Origin: Octopus bimaculoides
Taxonomy: Eukaryota
NCBI RefSeq assembly: GCF_001194135.2
Contig: NC_068999.1
Span: 39,119,877 to 39,171,285 of the forward strand
Length of the DNA: 51,409 bases
Reading direction: 5' to 3'
The position numbers and the translations under genes are program-made. The notes beneath the pieces are model-generated. The model was not told the DNA's origin. It saw only the letters and a program-made list of their open reading frames with translations, and did not search any database. Positions 49,748-51,409 of this stretch are shown here, in pieces. Each line of letters starts with the position of its first letter. Position 1 is the first letter of the stretch.

Positions 49748-49963
49748 GGCGGCGACCTGGCAGAAACGTTAGCATGCCGGGCGAAATGCTTAGCGATATT
49801 TCGTCTGCCGTTACGTTCCGTGTTCAAATTCCGCCGAGGTCGACTTTGCCTTTTACCCTTTCGGGGTCGATAAATTAAGTACCAGTTGCGTACTGGGGTC
49901 GATCTAATCGACTGGCCCACTCCCCCAAAATTTCGGGCCTTCTGCCTAGAGTAGAATCGAATA
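49748..49963 (+). mobile_element. Young full-length tRNA-derived SINE
   Basis: A-box-like tggcagaaacg, B-box-like gttcaaattc, core ggtcgataaattaagtaccagttgcgtactggggtcgat and tail gcctagagtagaa. It is the best-preserved of several copies in the window. Confidence 0.92.
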
Positions 49964-50680
49964 TTTCTTTTGTTAAGAAAGGCTTCTTATATATAAGTGT
50001 GTGTGTGTGTATATATATATATACATTATTCCACGCATAAATGTANNNNNNNNNNNNNNNNNNNNNNNNNNNNNNNNNNNNNNNNNNNNNNNNNNNNNNN
50101 NNNNNNNNNNNNNNNNNNNNNNNNNNNNNNNNNNNNNNNNNNNNNNNNNNNNNNNNNNNNNNNNNNNNNNNNNNNNNNNNNNNNNNNNNNNNNNNNNNNN
50201 NNNNNNNNNNNNNNNNNNNNNNNNNNNNNNNNNNNNNNNNNNNNNNNNNNNNNNNNNNNNNNNNNNNNNNNNNNNNNNNNNNNNNNNNNNNNNNNNNNNN
50301 NNNNNNNNNNNNNNNNNNNNNNNNNNNNNNNNNNNNNNNNNNNNNNNNNNNNNNNNNNNNNNNNNNNNNNNNNNNNNNNNNNNNNNNNNNNNNNNNNNNN
50401 NNNNNNNNNNNNNNNNNNNNNNNNNNNNNNNNNNNNNNNNNNNNNNNNNNNNNNNNNNNNNNNNNNNNNNNNNNNNNNNNNNNNNNNNNNNNNNNNNNNN
50501 NNNNNNNNNNNNNNNNNNNNNNNNNNNNNNNNNNNNNNNNNNNNNNNNNNNNNNNNNNNNNNNNNNNNNNNNNNNNNNNNNNNNNNNNNNNNNNNNNNNN
50601 NNNNNNNNNNNNNNNNNNNNNNNNNNNNNNNNNNNNNNNNNNNNNNNNNNNNNNNNNNNNNNNNNNNNNNNNNNNNNNNN

Positions 50681-50733
<53 letters not shown>

Positions 50734-51345
50734 TACATACATATTTAAATATTTGTATATACATTTGCAAGCGTATACATATATAGGTACATACACATAT
50801 TCATATGTATATATAACACGCATGCACACACATACACATGTATATTTACATTATATATATATCATATATATATGTATAGACATGCAAGCGCGCGCACACA
50901 CTCACATACACACATATGTATATATATATATACATTATTCCACGCATAAATGTAAATATTTGTTGATGCAGGCGGGGAGATTTTTTATATTGTCTCTATT
51001 ACGGCATTACAGATAAAGAGAGATCTCAAAACCAACGCTAAAGGATATATCTTACGATGAATAAAATGGTCACCAGTATCGTATAGAAATAGATATCAGC
51101 CAAAAGGAATAGATTAATGGTTGCACATATAGAATCCATTGTGAATTTCCACCGTATAGTTTAACGATAGTAAAAGAAACATTATATCTTTAGCAATGAT
51201 AGAATTTTTTTCGTTAAACAATGGGGAGGCATAGAAATTAGATGGATAGAAAATTGTTTCAAACCGCAAGTATATATAGATGTATATTTTATTACTTATA
51301 TAAACTTATTTAAAGAAAGATTTATGAATGCATATCTTTATCTTC

Positions 51346-51347
<2 letters not shown>

Positions 51348-51409
<62 letters not shown>
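51348..51409. repeat. (TG)n microsatellite
   Basis: Direct read of the sequence. Confidence 0.95.

Noticed and set aside
50008-50953. About 38-nt sequence (tatatatatacattattccacgcataaatgta) repeated before and after the 635-N gap
   Set aside because: It probably reflects scaffolding or haplotype redundancy around microsatellites and cannot be judged without reads.

Overview
AT-rich, microsatellite-dense eukaryotic genomic DNA from a draft assembly with five N-gaps. The repeat families look like those of a cephalopod, most likely Octopus; this is my recognition, not a search result. There are no long intact genes. Most listed ORFs are artefacts of (TA)n/(TG)n/(CA)n tracts or N-runs. The window is mostly retrotransposon and DNA-transposon relics: a fairly young 5'-truncated CR1-type LINE (32.5-33.9 kb), several R4/Dong-type RLE LINE pieces, RTE relics, a Penelope-like RT relic, three mariner relics, a hAT dimerisation-domain relic and many tRNA-derived SINEs. 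The best host-gene candidate is a + strand 3' end made of a 40-nt exon and a Ser-rich terminal exon (5330-5858), possibly preceded by an exon at 2081-2184. The most interesting observations are: a set of Penelope-type minimal hammerhead ribozyme motifs (best at 40814-40853); a mariner built from two inverted 5' ends that carries a perfect RFX X-box; a 3' tail shared between the CR1 LINE and a SINE family; R4/Dong pieces chained at (AAT)n; and a 26-nt templated duplication at the CR1 5' junction. All protein-family assignments come from motif recognition by eye and need HMM or BLAST confirmation.
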